Positions 10,812 to 24,199 of a stretch of DNA of 64,000 nt are shown piece after piece. The position numbers were made by a program, and so were the translations under genes. The notes below the pieces were generated by a model, which made no database searches, was not told the DNA's origin, and worked only from the letters and a program-made list of their open reading frames with translations. The stretch is from Carpediemonas membranifera BICM (taxonomy: Eukaryota > Protista > Fornicata). Numbering within the stretch: the stretch's first letter is position 1; the number at the start of each line of letters is the position of its first letter. The DNA lies in the NCBI GenBank assembly GCA_019828565.1, contig JAHDYR010000001.1, positions 434,001 to 498,000 of the forward strand, read 5' to 3'.

Positions 10812-13800
10812 ATGCAGGGAAAAGAGAACAACCAGATGAGAGTGGAGATACCAGATAGGATCAGGGAATCCGCTCAAAAAGAGTGGGACACGATTAGAGA
10901 GCTACTAACGGACTACTTGATGGAAGAGAAGGTGTTGCAGCAGGAAACACAGAGAGTGATTTAATTGATCCGGGGTAAATCAGTCATCAATTGATTACAC
11001 TTCCCCCAAGATCCGGAAATAAAAATTCGGATCTTCCAAAATCTCCAGAACCCCGAAATAAAATTCCTTGGTCCAAATCTTCAGCAGAATCTATTCCCGC
11101 AGGTTATGTCTCATTGAAGGTCCCCATGCTGAGGACGCATCAAAAACAAACCATCAACGTCGTATGCCGTGAATAACAACTAATCAACATCAAAACCAAT
11201 GGAATCCAGCTTATTGTAGCTGAACACTGCTCCTTCCCCCATGGGTCCGAAGTTTCCAGCCTTTTCAGCGACTACCGCCTTAGTTCGCTTTGAACCGCAG
11301 CATCTTCCGCTGTGCAGGCAACTTCTTCGCCAAATGAGGTACTTTCTCCAAGTATCTGTCAAGTGCTTCGAGTTTGTCTAGCTCCAATGTGAATGGCTCC
11401 CACGTGGCTTCCTCAGGAAGGTACCCTTCCCAAATAACATGCAGTAGCAGCTTCCGTCCCTCGAACTTGTGCTCGTTGATCTCCTCCACCACGTATTCGT
11501 CGTCTCGCTCCGCAGCAACCTGCTTCAGCTGATCGAGCGTCAAGCTTGTCTCGAACACCCTGAGCCTGTCAGCGTGGATGCTGTGGGTCTTCCCGGACGT
11601 CAGGTTACGGACACGATAAACGTTCGGGGACTTGTCTGGGCCTATGCACCACATCGGCCCGAGCAGAGTAGATCTCCTACCGGAGTTCGACGCCACCAGG
11701 ACTGCGGTGTCTTGTAGCTCGATGTGATCGCGACTTGGCGACTCTCCATCACACAGTTGTTGCTGAACCACACGATTAACTTCAATCCTACGCCTAAAGA
11801 GCTCCAACGAGACTGTATCGTCACTCAACTCGTCAAGAGTCGAGTCTTGCTCCTGGTCGTACAGTACCGTCCACGGGGACATGCCCGTGGTACTATTCTT
11901 CGTCGAGTTAAGGATGAACTGAGCGTGTGGAATCAGTTTCGTCCAGTCACGTGTCTTGCACTCCGTCATCAGGCACTTCAGATGCTTCTTCAGCTCCGCG
12001 TTCTGACGTTCGACGACGCCTTGCGATGCCGGTCGGTACGGCGTACCGATATGATGTTTCATCGATAGCTTCTCCACCATGGTGTCGACGAGCTGATTTC
12101 GGTATTGGGACCCACCGTCTGAATGGATTAAACGGGGTATACCGTAGTGGGCGACCCATTGTAATAGGGCCTCAGCTGCCTCTGCCGCAGTCGTGGAGTG
12201 AGTGGGGTATAACATCGTAAGCTTGGAGAACGTGTCGATGGCCACCACGATGTGGCGGTAACCGCCGTCAGATTCAGGTAGGGGTCCAACAGTGTCTACT
12301 TGTACTACGTCAAATGGAAGGCGTCCCATCGTCGAATGCCGGTCCTGCGGCACTCGCTCAGCTGTCTGCCGATGGACTTGGCAGACCGGGCAGGCCTTGA
12401 CGAACTGTTTCACCTCGTTGTACATCCCCTTCCACGTCTCTCCTCTTTCAATCAGGCGTTGTAGGGTAGCCCGAATGCCCAGATGTCCTTGTAAACCCCC
12501 ATGTATGCTTTCGATCAGGTCAGTATGGCTCGTATCGGCACTTTGTAGGTGTACTAGACGGGACAAGCCGTCTGCACCGCCGTTGGCCACTCCTGGTACG
12601 TGTTCCACGGAATAGTTGAACCGTGCCATGGCCAGATGCCACCTAACCACCTTAGCGTTGGCAGAGGTGGCCAGGTAGAGCAGATTTTTGTGGTCAGTGC
12701 GCACAACGAACTCTCGTCCGATCAGTAGTCGCTCTGCCTTCTGCATTGCGAAATAAATCGCGAACGCCTCCTTCTCATACGTCGACCATCGGCGTTGGGT
12801 AGCGTCGAATGTCTTCGAGTAAAAGGCGATCGGACTAGGACCTGACGCGGATTCTTGCATCAGTACGGCACCTGCTGCGACATCACTTGCGTCGGTCTGC
12901 AATATCAGCTTCGACCCAGGCTTGGGGTGTACGAGCATTCTGTTGTCCAGCAGGCAGGTCTTGACGCGCTCAAATGCGTCTTGTTGGTCTGGTCCCCACT
13001 CAAACTTCCTGTTGGCCCGGGTGAGGGCCGCAAGGGGCTCAGTTATGTCCGCGTAGCGCTCAATCATGGGGCGGAAGTAGTTAACAGTCCCCAAGAGCGT
13101 ACGAAGCGTCGACAGGTCACGGGGGGTGCAAGATCGTGAATTCCTTGCAGGCGATCCTCTGCGATCCTCTTGCCGTCGGCGCTAACGGTCCATCCTAGAT
13201 AATCGATCTCGGACGCAGCGAAGATGCACTTCTTCGCATTGAGACGGAGTCCTCGAGTGTGGAGTTTTCCGAGAACGGTCTCCAGGCGACGTAGAAATTC
13301 GGTTTTGTCCCGGCCGTAGACCACTACGTCGTCCACGTACACCAAACAGTCGGTGTACACGCTGCTTCCTAGCGCTGCCTCCAGGGCCCGTTGGCAGTAC
13401 GCTGCAGCATTTTTTAGCCCAAAGGGCATCCTCGTATAACAGTATTTGACACCGTCAACGATAAAGGCCGTCATATCCTGGCATTCGTGTTTCAAGGGGA
13501 TTTGAAGAAACGCCTTGCTCAAATCAAGGGCTGCAAAGTATGAGTTGCCCTGCAGCCTCTCTACGAGGTCGTCTATTAGAGGCAAGGGGTGGGTCAGGTC
13601 AGTCGTGATCTCGTTCAGACGTCTAAAGTCAAGGCACATGCGACGTGTACGGTCCCGCTTCCAAGCTAACACAACCGGGTTGTTGTACTGGCTCTCGGAA
13701 CGTCTTATAACCGCCATGTTGCAAAGCTCCTCGACCTGTCGCTTCATCTCTTCCACTTCACCCTCGCCGTAGCGGTAGGGCGGTACGTTGACCACTCTGT

Positions 13801-16800
13801 CATGTCGAAGGTCCAACCCGAATGGCTCCACATCGGCCGGCTCATCAATACCTCCGAACAACCCCCCTAGCTTCGCTAACACCTCTTCGACCTCCACGGT
13901 CAGGTCCATTATCACCGGCTTGGCATCATTGGTCTTCTGCGCGCTCGACAGGTAGACTTCTTCGTCAAACTCATCGCCCTCCAGCTCCAGGAACGTCTTG
14001 GTCCCTTCTCCAGCTGTTGGTAGATGGATTTCCACCAAGCCCAAGGCCGTTAGCGTCGGGAATCCGAACACTATCTGCGGCTTAAGCCTCGGTAGGATGT
14101 AGAGTACTAGCTTCGCCGTAGTACGGCGTCCTGTCTTCGGAATAACTCCTAGATCGATGTTGACTTCGATCTTCTCATGCACGTTGTAAACCGTCCCGCC
14201 TTGCAATCGAACCTTCACATTTGTGGGGATAATTTCATCCGCGAACCCCAACTCGTCGATCAACGTCTTGTCGACAAAATCTGCGTCGGCCCCGGTGTCT
14301 AGCAATGTGTTAACGTCGCGACCGTCTACACACACCACGGCTTCAGGACGCTTCGCGGTCCCCTGGGCGACCAAAGAGGAAGAAGACAGAGAGAAACAAG
14401 CCTGAGTTTTTACACCCTTCTTGCGTTCGTCCCTCTGCTTCTTCCAGCACTTTGTGGCATCGTGGCCCACCTTGTTGCAGTAGGGGCACTTGGTAGACGC
14501 CTTGTCTTCATGCTTCTTCTTGGTCTTCTCGCCCTTCGACTCAACTGACTGACGCTGCGCCTCACGTCTACCCTTCTCAGCCTCCAGGGCTAGCTCAAAA
14601 GCCACCTTCATGGTCTCCTCCAGATCCTTGCTCTTCTTCTTGGCGCCGATTCGCTCTCTCAGGACTTGATAGCGGACTCCCGCGACGAACGCCTCCACGA
14701 GTTGCTTGGCTTGAGGCTGCAGCTCGCCGAAGTAGGAACACGTCTCCTTGAATTTCAGCACGTAATCGGCCATGTTCTCGACGAGATTGCCCGACTCGGG
14801 GCAATTCAGCTTCTTCAGCCATTCGATGGCCTCTAGCTCGTCGAGAGGTTGGAACATCTTGTTAATTAGGTCGATAAACTCCTCGTTCCACTCCGTCTCA
14901 CGATCGGGGTCATGCTCATCCATCGGTTCATCCACCACCTGGAGAAAAGAGCCCAGCATGGGAGAACGGCACTTAAACGTTTCGAGCACTTCGTTTGACA
15001 CCAGGTCGAAAATAGCAATCGGATCACGGCACATAGCGGCATAAGCACGCCAGGACTTAACCATATGGCGCCACTCCGCCACAGAGACCTTATTAAGGTA
15101 GGGTGCGTAGTTCAGTACTGTTTCCGGTACTACCATGGCAATATATATTGTTGCAGCAGGAAACACAGAGAGTGATTTAATTGATCCGGGGTAAATCAGT
15201 CATCAATTGATTACAGAAGGGCACCAGAACGCTACTACTGCGTCGCGCAGAAGATTTTTCAGGGAGATCGTTCGGAGCTAGCTCCAGAGCACGAAAAGAG
15301 GTGATACTGAATGCGAGGAGAGTGCTACGTGCCGCAGGGATCACCAACAACAGAGACGAGATCCTCCGTAACCCCAACGGAATCCTAGGGCTTCGAGACA
15401 TCTTCTACGCAATGACAGAGGCCTTAGACCCGAGAGAGGACGAAGAACGGCGCCTAGCAGAGGCCAAGGAGAACGTCACCATCCAACCAGGGCACAGGGA
15501 CATGAGCAAGTGGCCTTCCGACCACAAGATCGAAGAGGCCATCCTCCAACCGAGAGAACAGAGCAACATCGAGTGGGACAGTGAGAGAGACAGCATTGAG
15601 GGCAGAGAGACGGGCACATTCACGCTCACATCAGGGTATGGAGATGAGAAAGCCGTCGAGGCCATCGCAGGAGAGGAGGTGTGGGACCCCACTAACCAGG
15701 GCCTGGTCACCAGGATCGCTATGGAGCAGGACGATGGCACCTACAAGGTCCTCATCGACATCAGAGATTGCAAAGCATGGCAGATCACCAGATTCATGGA
15801 GGAAGGCAGGGACATCCTCAGGTTGCAGGCCCCGGAGGCGCCGGCGGTCTGGCAGGCAGCTTGGTGCAAGACAGGAGTCAACACGGAGGGCAGAGGCGCA
15901 ATAAGGGCACAAGGACAGGAGACGCCGCTCAGCAACAAGCTCGTCTTCTCTGACGTCAGGGCCAGGGTGATCAATGCCACCAGCCGCCGCCAAAAGAGGG
16001 ACAGGGAAGAAGAGTCAGACAACGAGAGCGGCGCACAGACCAGCCAAGAGGAAGACCCCAAACCCAAGGTCGTGTTGACACAAGCGGAAGGAGTGAGCGC
16101 CAGAAGGGGCCTTGGAGCCGAGCTTGATCAGCAGGAAGAAGAGAGCATACCCCGAGCATCAGAGGGAAGTGCATCAGCAGGGAGCCTACCGGAGGCATTG
16201 CAGAGTCAGGGTCAGAAGAAGCTCATCCTCGGTTCTATCGACTTCGAGTGTGGAGATCCTGGGAGTGAGAGGGCAGGGATCAGTGCGGTGCCGACAGAGG
16301 GGGGCTCGTGCTAGTGGACGTCGAGACGGGGGAGGTCGTTGGCCATGGCCACGGCCTCTTCTATGAGCCCAACCTGCCGGCCAACAAGGTGGACCAGAGC
16401 AGATACGCGACGTGGGCAGTGACGGGGATTCCCCCAGCGACGTTCGTGGAAGTGGACACAGGGGAGGTGCCGATGGACTATCAGCAGCACTTCAGCAGAT
16501 TTAGAGAGTGGGCCACGCGGCTCGCAGCCAAGCTGAGAGACAGAGAGACCAGGGAGAACTGGAAGCTAGTCCTTCATGCCAAGGGCGTCCACATGGAGAA
16601 GTTCCTCCTGACGAACGAGGTCAACGGGCTCAACAGGGACACCAGGGACTTCTTTAGAATGAGGCTGGTGGACGATAGCGAGCTGGCCGACGCCATCGAG
16701 GAGCTCGCCCCGGATAAGGCAAGAGAGTACAGGGCAAACTACGAGATCAAGAACTACAGGGAGATGGCAGATATATGGGCCAGCCAATGGCAGCGCAGGG

Positions 16801-18440
16801 AGCTCCCGAAGGGGGCCTGTCCGTACCACAGGCACACTGCAGGGTGCTACCATTGTGCGCTGGCAGATGCAACGTTGTTCGCGGCGAAGGTATGGGGCAT
16901 GATGCTGAAGAAGATGAGCACGCCGGATCTGGAGAGTGCGATGGGTAACGCTTTCAACAGCATGTATGACACGGTCAGGGACGCAGGGATCAGAGACGAC
17001 CTCTGCGGAGGCAACGGAGTAGCGTACAGGCGTGAGACCTTCAACATCTTCGGAGGGCACCCGTACGGCAACAGCAGGGACCTAAGCAGGGAAGAGGGCG
17101 ACCGCATCCTAGTGGTCCCGGACAACGATCACTGCTATGGGATCGGCTTCGGATTCAGCGAGGTCATTAAGGGTATGAAGGGCATTCTATTGGCCCCAAC
17201 CACGGTCATGGAGAGAGGAGTCACCACGAGAGTCCCCATATGGTCGATCCATGAGAACACGACCCACATTCAGAGACTGATGCTGCAGGGAAGAGCTGGC
17301 AGGGCAGTTACTAGGGACGAGGACATCGTCACCATCGCGATGGTCTACAGCTGGTGGCCCTCAAGGGAGGATACTGCTCATCAGGGTCAGCCGGGAGTCC
17401 ACGACCTGGCAGAGAGCGTCAGACGCGAGGAGAAAGCCATAGCGAACGTCAGGGCACCCCCAGGGTATAGCGCAACCATCAGAGCGGCCTTCATCCCGAG
17501 AGACTGGGGCTGTATCAGGGTCAGAGAGGCAGGGACGACACTGGGACGGATGAAGAAGGTGGGGACCCGTATGGTGTCCACGACCATCCCGCCAGAGGAT
17601 AACTGCAAGATCACCCAGAGGCCGACGGTTAAGTACATCCCGTCAAGAGATGGAAAGGAGGAGAGACCCTACACGGTCGATTACTCGGACATGGGCATAG
17701 AGGGATCTATCAGACGGCTCACCGAGATGATTGGCACGCCGGTCGGGCCAGTAGGCCGAGATGACCTCTATACCAACAACCGCCGAGCCGACGGAACCCT
17801 CAGAGACGAGAGAGAGCCCAGAAACAACGGCGTCCATCGGTGCGACAGAGAGCGCAGGGACGTCAGGCCTCACCATGAGGACAGGGAGCGCATAGAGGTC
17901 AGGCCTCACCATGAGGACAGAGAGCGCAGGGACGATCAGGGCAGAGACTCCGGAGAGAGCAGACGCCGCTCACCCCCTCATGGGACCGGCAAGAGGAGTG
18001 GCAAGGACAGGGCGGTGAGCTACACAGGGGCTGGAAAGAGGGGCAAGCTCGACGGCGACGCCCGTTACGAGGCTGGAAGCAGACAGTCGAGTGACAGCGA
18101 CGCGGAGAGGGACGAACTCAGGAAGGAACTTGATGAAGCCAAGAAGCTGATTCTCGCACTCAGGGCCAGGGACAGCAGGGAGGAGGAGCAGGCGACGCCA
18201 ACCCCAGCACCGGCTGACACCCAGGGAAACCAGGGTACCGGCAAGGAGCACAGGGTAGTCCGCCACAAGAAGAGGACTCGGACAAAGAGGTCTCGCAAGC
18301 CGAGACAGCTAAACCAGATGGAGCTAGTGGCCCAGATCGTGTCAACGGTGATGAAGACCATGCAGCAACAACAGGGGATGGCAACCGAGAACCAGAGCGA
18401 TGATGGCAGTGACAGTGGCAACTCAACGGAGACCGATTAA
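10812..18440 (+). CDS. LINE ORF1-position protein (~1100 aa, function unknown), interrupted by Gypsy B and a frameshift near 16300
   Basis: Removing element B restores ...DYLMEEK|GTRTLLLRRAEDF...EVILNARR in frame with ORF 15301-16314. ORF 16308-18440 continues after a G-run. Contains CPYHRHTAGCYHC, an R/D/E-rich region and a short predicted coiled coil. The true start may lie further upstream. Confidence 0.7.
10933..15215 (-). mobile_element. Ty3/Gypsy chromodomain LTR retrotransposon B
   Basis: Identical 67-bp LTRs at 10933-10999 and 15149-15215 (TGTT...TACA). 5-bp TSD GAAGG at 10928-10932 and 15216-15220. PPT (plus strand CTTCCCCCAAG) at 11000-11010. Confidence 0.95.
11280..15136 (-). CDS. 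Element B gag-pol polyprotein (one frameshift near 13100)
   Basis: CPYCNKVGHDATKC knuckle, LLDTGA protease, YVDD RT, TDAS/ADGLSR RNase H, DTVGP/SDGG/VVER integrase, chromodomain EYVVEEINEH...VIWEGY...TWEP. Confidence 0.92.
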
Positions 18441-18758
18441 GCAGGGTAAAGTGGTATTCTTTGAGAGTGATAGTGACAGTTGTCAGTTCTTTTCTTTTAA
18501 TCCAACCCTGGCTCCCACCCAGGGTCCGGCATTAGCTGAAATGCACTGCCGGTGGGCTGTGGCGGCAGCCAAAGGGGGGTCACGCCAATGCGCCCCCTCC
18601 TAAGTATCCCCTGCCCGAAGGTAAGGATGGTCACCAGGGTAACCCATAGTTGGCCCGCCATGGGTAACCGGAGCCGGCACGAAGGCCCCGTGACGGGACA
18701 AGGGCAGATTGCAGGGAATTTCCGAAAATTCGCAGGATAGGAAAGACGGAGTACAAGA

Positions 18759-21700
18759 ATGGAAACGATCAAGATAGCGAGCCTGAACACTGAGGGACAC
18801 ATCGGGAAGGGAAAGGACTTCACGGCCTCAATGGCAACGGCTATAAGGATGAAACTGAGCGACACAGATGCAGTATGCATCCAAGAAACGTGGAGGACGG
18901 CGAATACGAGGGTACACAACTTCATAGACTTCGACTACGCAATGGCAGGGAAGGAAACAGAGGAGGAGCTAGCTATGGACAACGAGAGGAGGAAGAAAGA
19001 AGCCCAAAGCCAGCGCCGAATAGATGCCCAGCTGGGCATAGCAGGGAGCAGTAGCCGGACGCCCAGGACGAGGGGTACTAGAGAAGGAGTGGGCACAATC
19101 ATCAACCCAAGAGCAAGAGGGAGCTGGGACGTAGGCATCACAGATAGCTTATCAGGGAGGATACAGGTGAGCATACTCAGAACCCATAGGGACATCCTGG
19201 TGATCAACGTGTATGGCCCACCGGTCGGCCACGGAAGGGAGGAGAAGGACGAGTTCAGGGACGATAAGGAGCATTCTGGAGATGAAAGGAGAGATGGAAA
19301 CAATCATCATAGGGGACTGGAACCTCGACCCCAAAAGGATAGCCACAATGGCAAGATGGAAGGACCTGATCAGGGACTATAAGCTGGGAGCAGTGATCCC
19401 CATGGAAGGTACCCTCACCAAGGGAACTACCACTCCGGACTTCGCGCTGGTATCATCAGGGATCAGAGGAGCAAGGATAGAAGTACTGGATGCTAGTCGA
19501 CTCGGAGTCTGGGGGTCAGCCCACAACATGATAAGACTGGAATGGAGGGAACAACGGATCCAACGGACTACAAAGAGAGAGGAAGTCCTAGACATACCGG
19601 GCGTCAGAGTGTGGAACATGAGGAAGAAGGCTGAACGCACATCAGTCAGAAGACTGCACCGTTTTAAGAGCCTGGATGAGTGGGAGGAGGATATCAGGAA
19701 GGATATGGGCGAGCCGTCAGGTCACCCAGGCAGTGGAGACAGGGAAGAGGTCATCAAAGAAAAGGTGTGGTCGGAACTCCGGCACACACCATGGACAGAA
19801 GAGGGAAACAAGACCAGAAGTGAGATCATGAAGCGTGTGCTACAGGCCTTCTGGGGAAAACGCAGGGAAGAGTGGATCCAGGACCTCAGCCGGAGCGCGA
19901 AGGAAGGATACAAAGCATCCAGGTCCATGGTGGAAGCAGCGGTAAGAAGATGGTGGTGTGAAAACCAGTTCAAGGGCATGCCAGAGAGCATACTGAAGGA
20001 CGGGAAGATTACCACCAACAAGGAAGAAATAGGTAAGATCCTCCTACAACAGTATGCAGGAGTGAGCAGGGGCAGGGAACCGGAGTGGAAGGATAGAGGC
20101 AATGGAAAGAGGGAGGACGAATTTAAGGAGAGAGAAATACGAGAAGCGATCAGAAGGATAAAGAGGGACACTGCACCGGGACCGGACCACACTACAGGGG
20201 ACATGCTCAGGGACACAGATGACCAGGGGATCGCTCAGATAACTAGGCTCATGAACAGGGTATACAGGGAGGGCAAGATCCCGACAACATGGAAGTATGC
20301 TACAGTCTCGGCCATCCACAAGACAGGGAAGCCCAGAGTGAAGCCGGAGTCGTACAGACCCATCTCGCTAACACCACTACTGTATAGGGTGTATGGTAGG
20401 CTCCTGAAGAGAAGATTAGAAGCAGCCACATGGCACCTCATCCCAAGAGAGCAAGCAGGGTTCCAATCGGATAAGGACGTAATACAACAGATACAATACA
20501 TCGTGCAGAGACACCAGGAAGGGGGGGAGACCACGTCGATCTTCCTAGACATAGAGAAAGCCTATGACACCGTCCCGAGGGACATCCTCATGGATAAGCT
20601 GCAGGGAATGGGGGTCGAAGACCACCTCATCAGGGCAATACAGAGTACATTAGAAGAGACATGGATCTCGGTGAAGGGGCAGGGTCATGGGAGAGAACAA
20701 ACAGGGGAGTGAAGCAAGGATGTGTCCTAGCGCCGACCCTGTTCGTTTTGTTCATGGCAAACTGGCCTCACCTGGTCAGGAAGAAGCATCAGGGACAAGA
20801 GTACGATATCAGGGAACCACCAACGGAGTTACCAAGAGTCCGGGACACGCTGCCGGCCACCCTAACCATGTTCGTGGACGATACAGCGGTCACAGGGGAG
20901 ACACCGGAAAAGAGCAAGATAGTGGCGAACCTAGTCATAGAAGTTATCAAGGAGCACCTCATGAGGGCAAATGCACAAAAGAGTGAGATGATCAGTGTAG
21001 ACAGGGCAGCAGTGGCGAGAGTGGGGGAGTTACCCTAATGGCAAAAGAGGAAGCTAAGTACCTAGGTCTCTGGATAGCCAGCGGAAAAGACCCACTGGCA
21101 GCCTGTATCAGAAAGAAGCGGGAGCAGAGCGAAAGGTACAAGAAGCTAGTGAGAAGAGTGGGATGGACCAGAGGCAACATGCCGGCACTAGCCAGCAGGC
21201 TCCTCCTCGAAGTTTACATATGGCCGAGGATAATGTTTGGAGTGGAGGTGTGGGGCTACGCAGCAGGGGGGAACAAGATATGGACGGATTGGCAGGGCAT
21301 CATGGCCGGAACAGGCCCAGGTGGGGGCTCGGTCATGCGCATCTTGAACGGATGGATGGACCTGCAAGCCCACCTGGAGATGCTAGCAGTCAAGAGGATC
21401 GTGACAAGCAGGGGCCAGGATATACCAATCAGAGACAGGGTCTGGAAGGAGGGATCGATTATGTGGAAAGCCAGGGACTCAGTGAACGCACTCCTCAGAG
21501 GAACAAGAGAGGGAGCAACGAATGCAGGGAAGATAGACTTTGGTAGGGAGATGGTAAGAATGAACTGGACCAGGAGGTGCAAGAGCAAGACAGCGGTGGG
21601 GCTCATGGAAGTCCTAGGACCCAAACGTATGGGAAAGTGCATGGCGGGGAAACCGGCCATAAGTAGGAAGACAGGGAAGTGGCAGTCAAGGGCAGAGTGG

Positions 21701-22204
21701 AAAAGGATAGTGTCGGTGGCAGCGAATGTCAGCCCGTCTCCATCATCAGCGGAAAGGGGAGAAGGCCCAGAGCGAGCGCTGGCGGACCTGGCGATGGGTG
21801 AGGAACTCAAACACAAGATACAAAGGAGGTGCCCCCTGTGCACAAAGGAGAGCGAGATAGAGTTACTGTGGCAAATAGCGAGAGAGCAGCCAAACCAAGC
21901 CAGGAAGCAGGCACTAATCAGGGAGTGGGTAAGGGGTCAGCCGCTGGGATCGGCGGCCCACATTATGTGTGAGTGCCCAGAAGTTGAAAGAGGAGATGAC
22001 TGGGAAAAGATATGGAAGACAGCTAAGGAGAGGACCAGGGAATTGCAAGTCAGAAGAGGCCCGAATGGGAGGTGGTATGAGAAGAGGCCAATCTTAGAGG
22101 TGCAACAACTAGTGTTAACAGGGTCGGAAGAGATATGGGAAGGACTGCGAGCTGGGCTGAGAGCCCTGGCAAAGGTCTATGATAGCTATAGAATAGATGG
22201 ATAG
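18759..22204 (+). CDS. LINE ORF2: APE endonuclease, reverse transcriptase, C-terminal Cys/His motif (three frameshifts)
   Basis: APE: SLNTEG, CIQETW, GVG, NVYGP, IIGDWN, PDFALV, SAH. RT: APGPD, YRPISLT, QAGF, DIEKAYDTV, GVKQGCVLAPTLF, FVDD, KYLG. C-terminal CPLC...HIMCEC. Confidence 0.92.
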
Positions 22205-22974
22205 ATAAGGAACACCACATCCAGAAAGGGGGCAGGGAAGCATAGACTCTGGGATCAAGGGGAGACCCCCATGTTTCCCAGGGAGAGGGCAGGGCCAGGG
22301 ACAGAGGAAATCCATCAATTGGATGGTTGCACCACTCGCGGTGAACCTAAGGAAACTGCAGGGACTGAGCATGGGATACGGGGGACATGACGTCCCCGCC
22401 GCCCTTGTGAACGATAGAGGGACGCTGGGAAGTGTAGCACAAGAGAACTATCATAAGGGGTACTAGGCCTTGCAGATCTAGAGTCTGTGTTAGCCCTAGC
22501 CCACGCCGCCTAACAGGGGTAGATGAGAGGGACTTAGTTGCTTTCCCCGCCCACGGGTAGGCCACTTAACAGGGTCGTGGGGGCACTGAACAGGGAATCT
22601 GGAAAGAGGAGAGGGTGCCATGCTTGAACGACCCCGTAGGGACTGCAGGGAATCAGGGAGTGCTATAGAGAAGGTCTTGCAGGACAAACCTGCCTGTGGA
22701 AGCACCGAGGACAGACCCCCAGGCTCCCTGGAAGCTGCCGGGTTTACAGGGAGACAGGAAAGCGCTCAGCGCACGGAGATGGCGAAGGCCTATGAGGGGA
22801 AGTGAAATCGGGAGTGAGCGGAAGCAGTAGCACCGAATCGCTCGTTGGACGCAGCTGACAAGTCCAATCGCAGGGAGGAGGCAGCGCCCCGGGGAACTCG
22901 GCTCCAGTAATAAGGGAGATCAGCCTAAGTAACCGGGGCCCGATACCAGGCACCATAAATTTTCTTTCTTTCTT

Positions 22975-24172
22975 TCTGAGTTTCCCTTGGATCTCGCTCT
23001 TCGGGATATGGATTGAGGATATTCCTTCCTCGGCGACTGTGCTATTTCTAGCGGCAATGGCGTTGAGTTCTTCTTCAATAACGCATAGGTATTCGTTGTT
23101 GGCAAGGAATTCGTCGTTTGCTTCCTCCTTGTTGGCCCTCTTCTCGGAACGGAAAGACATGTGGAACCCCTCGTTCGAGAGGAATCCCAGTGATCTGAGG
23201 TCCTTGGTACCCATAATAAGCTTCTCCTGCGTACCATCCAGCACGTAGAACCTGATCTTACAGACGATGTCCATCTTCTCGAGATGGGTAAATCGCACCG
23301 TCAACCGTTCTCGCGGGATCGACGTTGAGGGCAGTCGTTGTCGTAATGCTGCCCTTGGCAGAAGCGGCAGGGTCGAAAGGGCTTCTTGGTGGCCTTGGAG
23401 CTGGTCTCGCCCGGTGGGCGGGAGCCGACGGTCGTCGTCTTGTTGATCGTGGAGCTAGTGGGGGCGCTGTCAGGGGAGTCCGTGGTGGGCGTGTTCTCGT
23501 CTTCCACCGAAGCTACTATCTTAGCTAGTTTCATGAGCTCGTTGATGTTCTTCGGCTTGATGAGCGTTCTTTCGAGTTCGAGCTTCTTGTAGAACACCTT
23601 GGGTTTGAGGCGGTACATAAAGGCCTTACAGAGGACCTTGTCGAAGTGTTCCGCTCTCAGGGCGGCTAGCTCGCTGTCGGAGGCTGGTCTTTCTTGCTCC
23701 TTCTTGACAGCATTTCCTTCGTCGTCGAGGACGGCGACAGTCTCTTCACGCGCCTCTGTAGCGGCGAGAGGGCGTGGTTAAGGGCCGTTTCACGGCAGGC
23801 AACCTCTTTCACGAGGTCGGTGTACTCAGAAAAGTCGGCGCAGTAGTTTCTCATGGCCGCTGAGCGATTGAGTCCCTTGCTAGTTAAAGGACAGTCAATT
23901 GCATCAACGGCGTCCTTCAAGGCTCCCAAGGACTTCGGGATAGCCTCACTGCGTAGGTAAGTAATCGTCTGCTCGAGGGAAAGCTCTTCAATGCTCTTCC
24001 CTTGATTAAACTCTTCAGCGGCGCGTTGGAGCGATTCAGGCAGAAGCACCCCAGGCGGGAAATCAGCGTTTTGTGCCACCCAAATGCGCGCGGCCCGTTT
24101 GAAGTCACGAATGGCCGGGAGAGTTATCTTTTTGGGATCAAGGCTCGGCACATCTACAGTAATGTTAACCAT
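22975..24172 (-). CDS. Element A gag and partial protease (frameshifted; protease active-site segment apparently missing)
   Basis: ORFs 24172-23666, 23618-23301 (knuckle CRFCQGQHYDNDC) and 23304 onward (..LIMGTKDLRSLG). KSEIQGKLR rejoins GKLRALVKDY at 10246. No D(T/S)G seen. Confidence 0.85.
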
Positions 24173-24199
24173 GCCCAGTCGTCCAGAAAGTGATCACTT

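Larger units (their letters stand above)
10247..22974 (+). mobile_element. APE-RT non-LTR retrotransposon (LINE), ~8.4 kb without nested Gypsy B
   Basis: 14-bp TSD TCTGAGTTTCCCTT at 10233-10246 and 22975-22988. 3' (TTTC)n tail from 22961. Two ORFs. Confidence 0.9.

Noticed and set aside
24175-24186. TGG shortly after the palindrome in element A as a tRNA PBS
   Set aside because: It starts 14 nt from the LTR, has no counterpart in C, D or E (B's nearby TGG overlaps the gag ATG), and is not complementary to the tRNA-Leu in this window. A full tRNA-set search is still needed.
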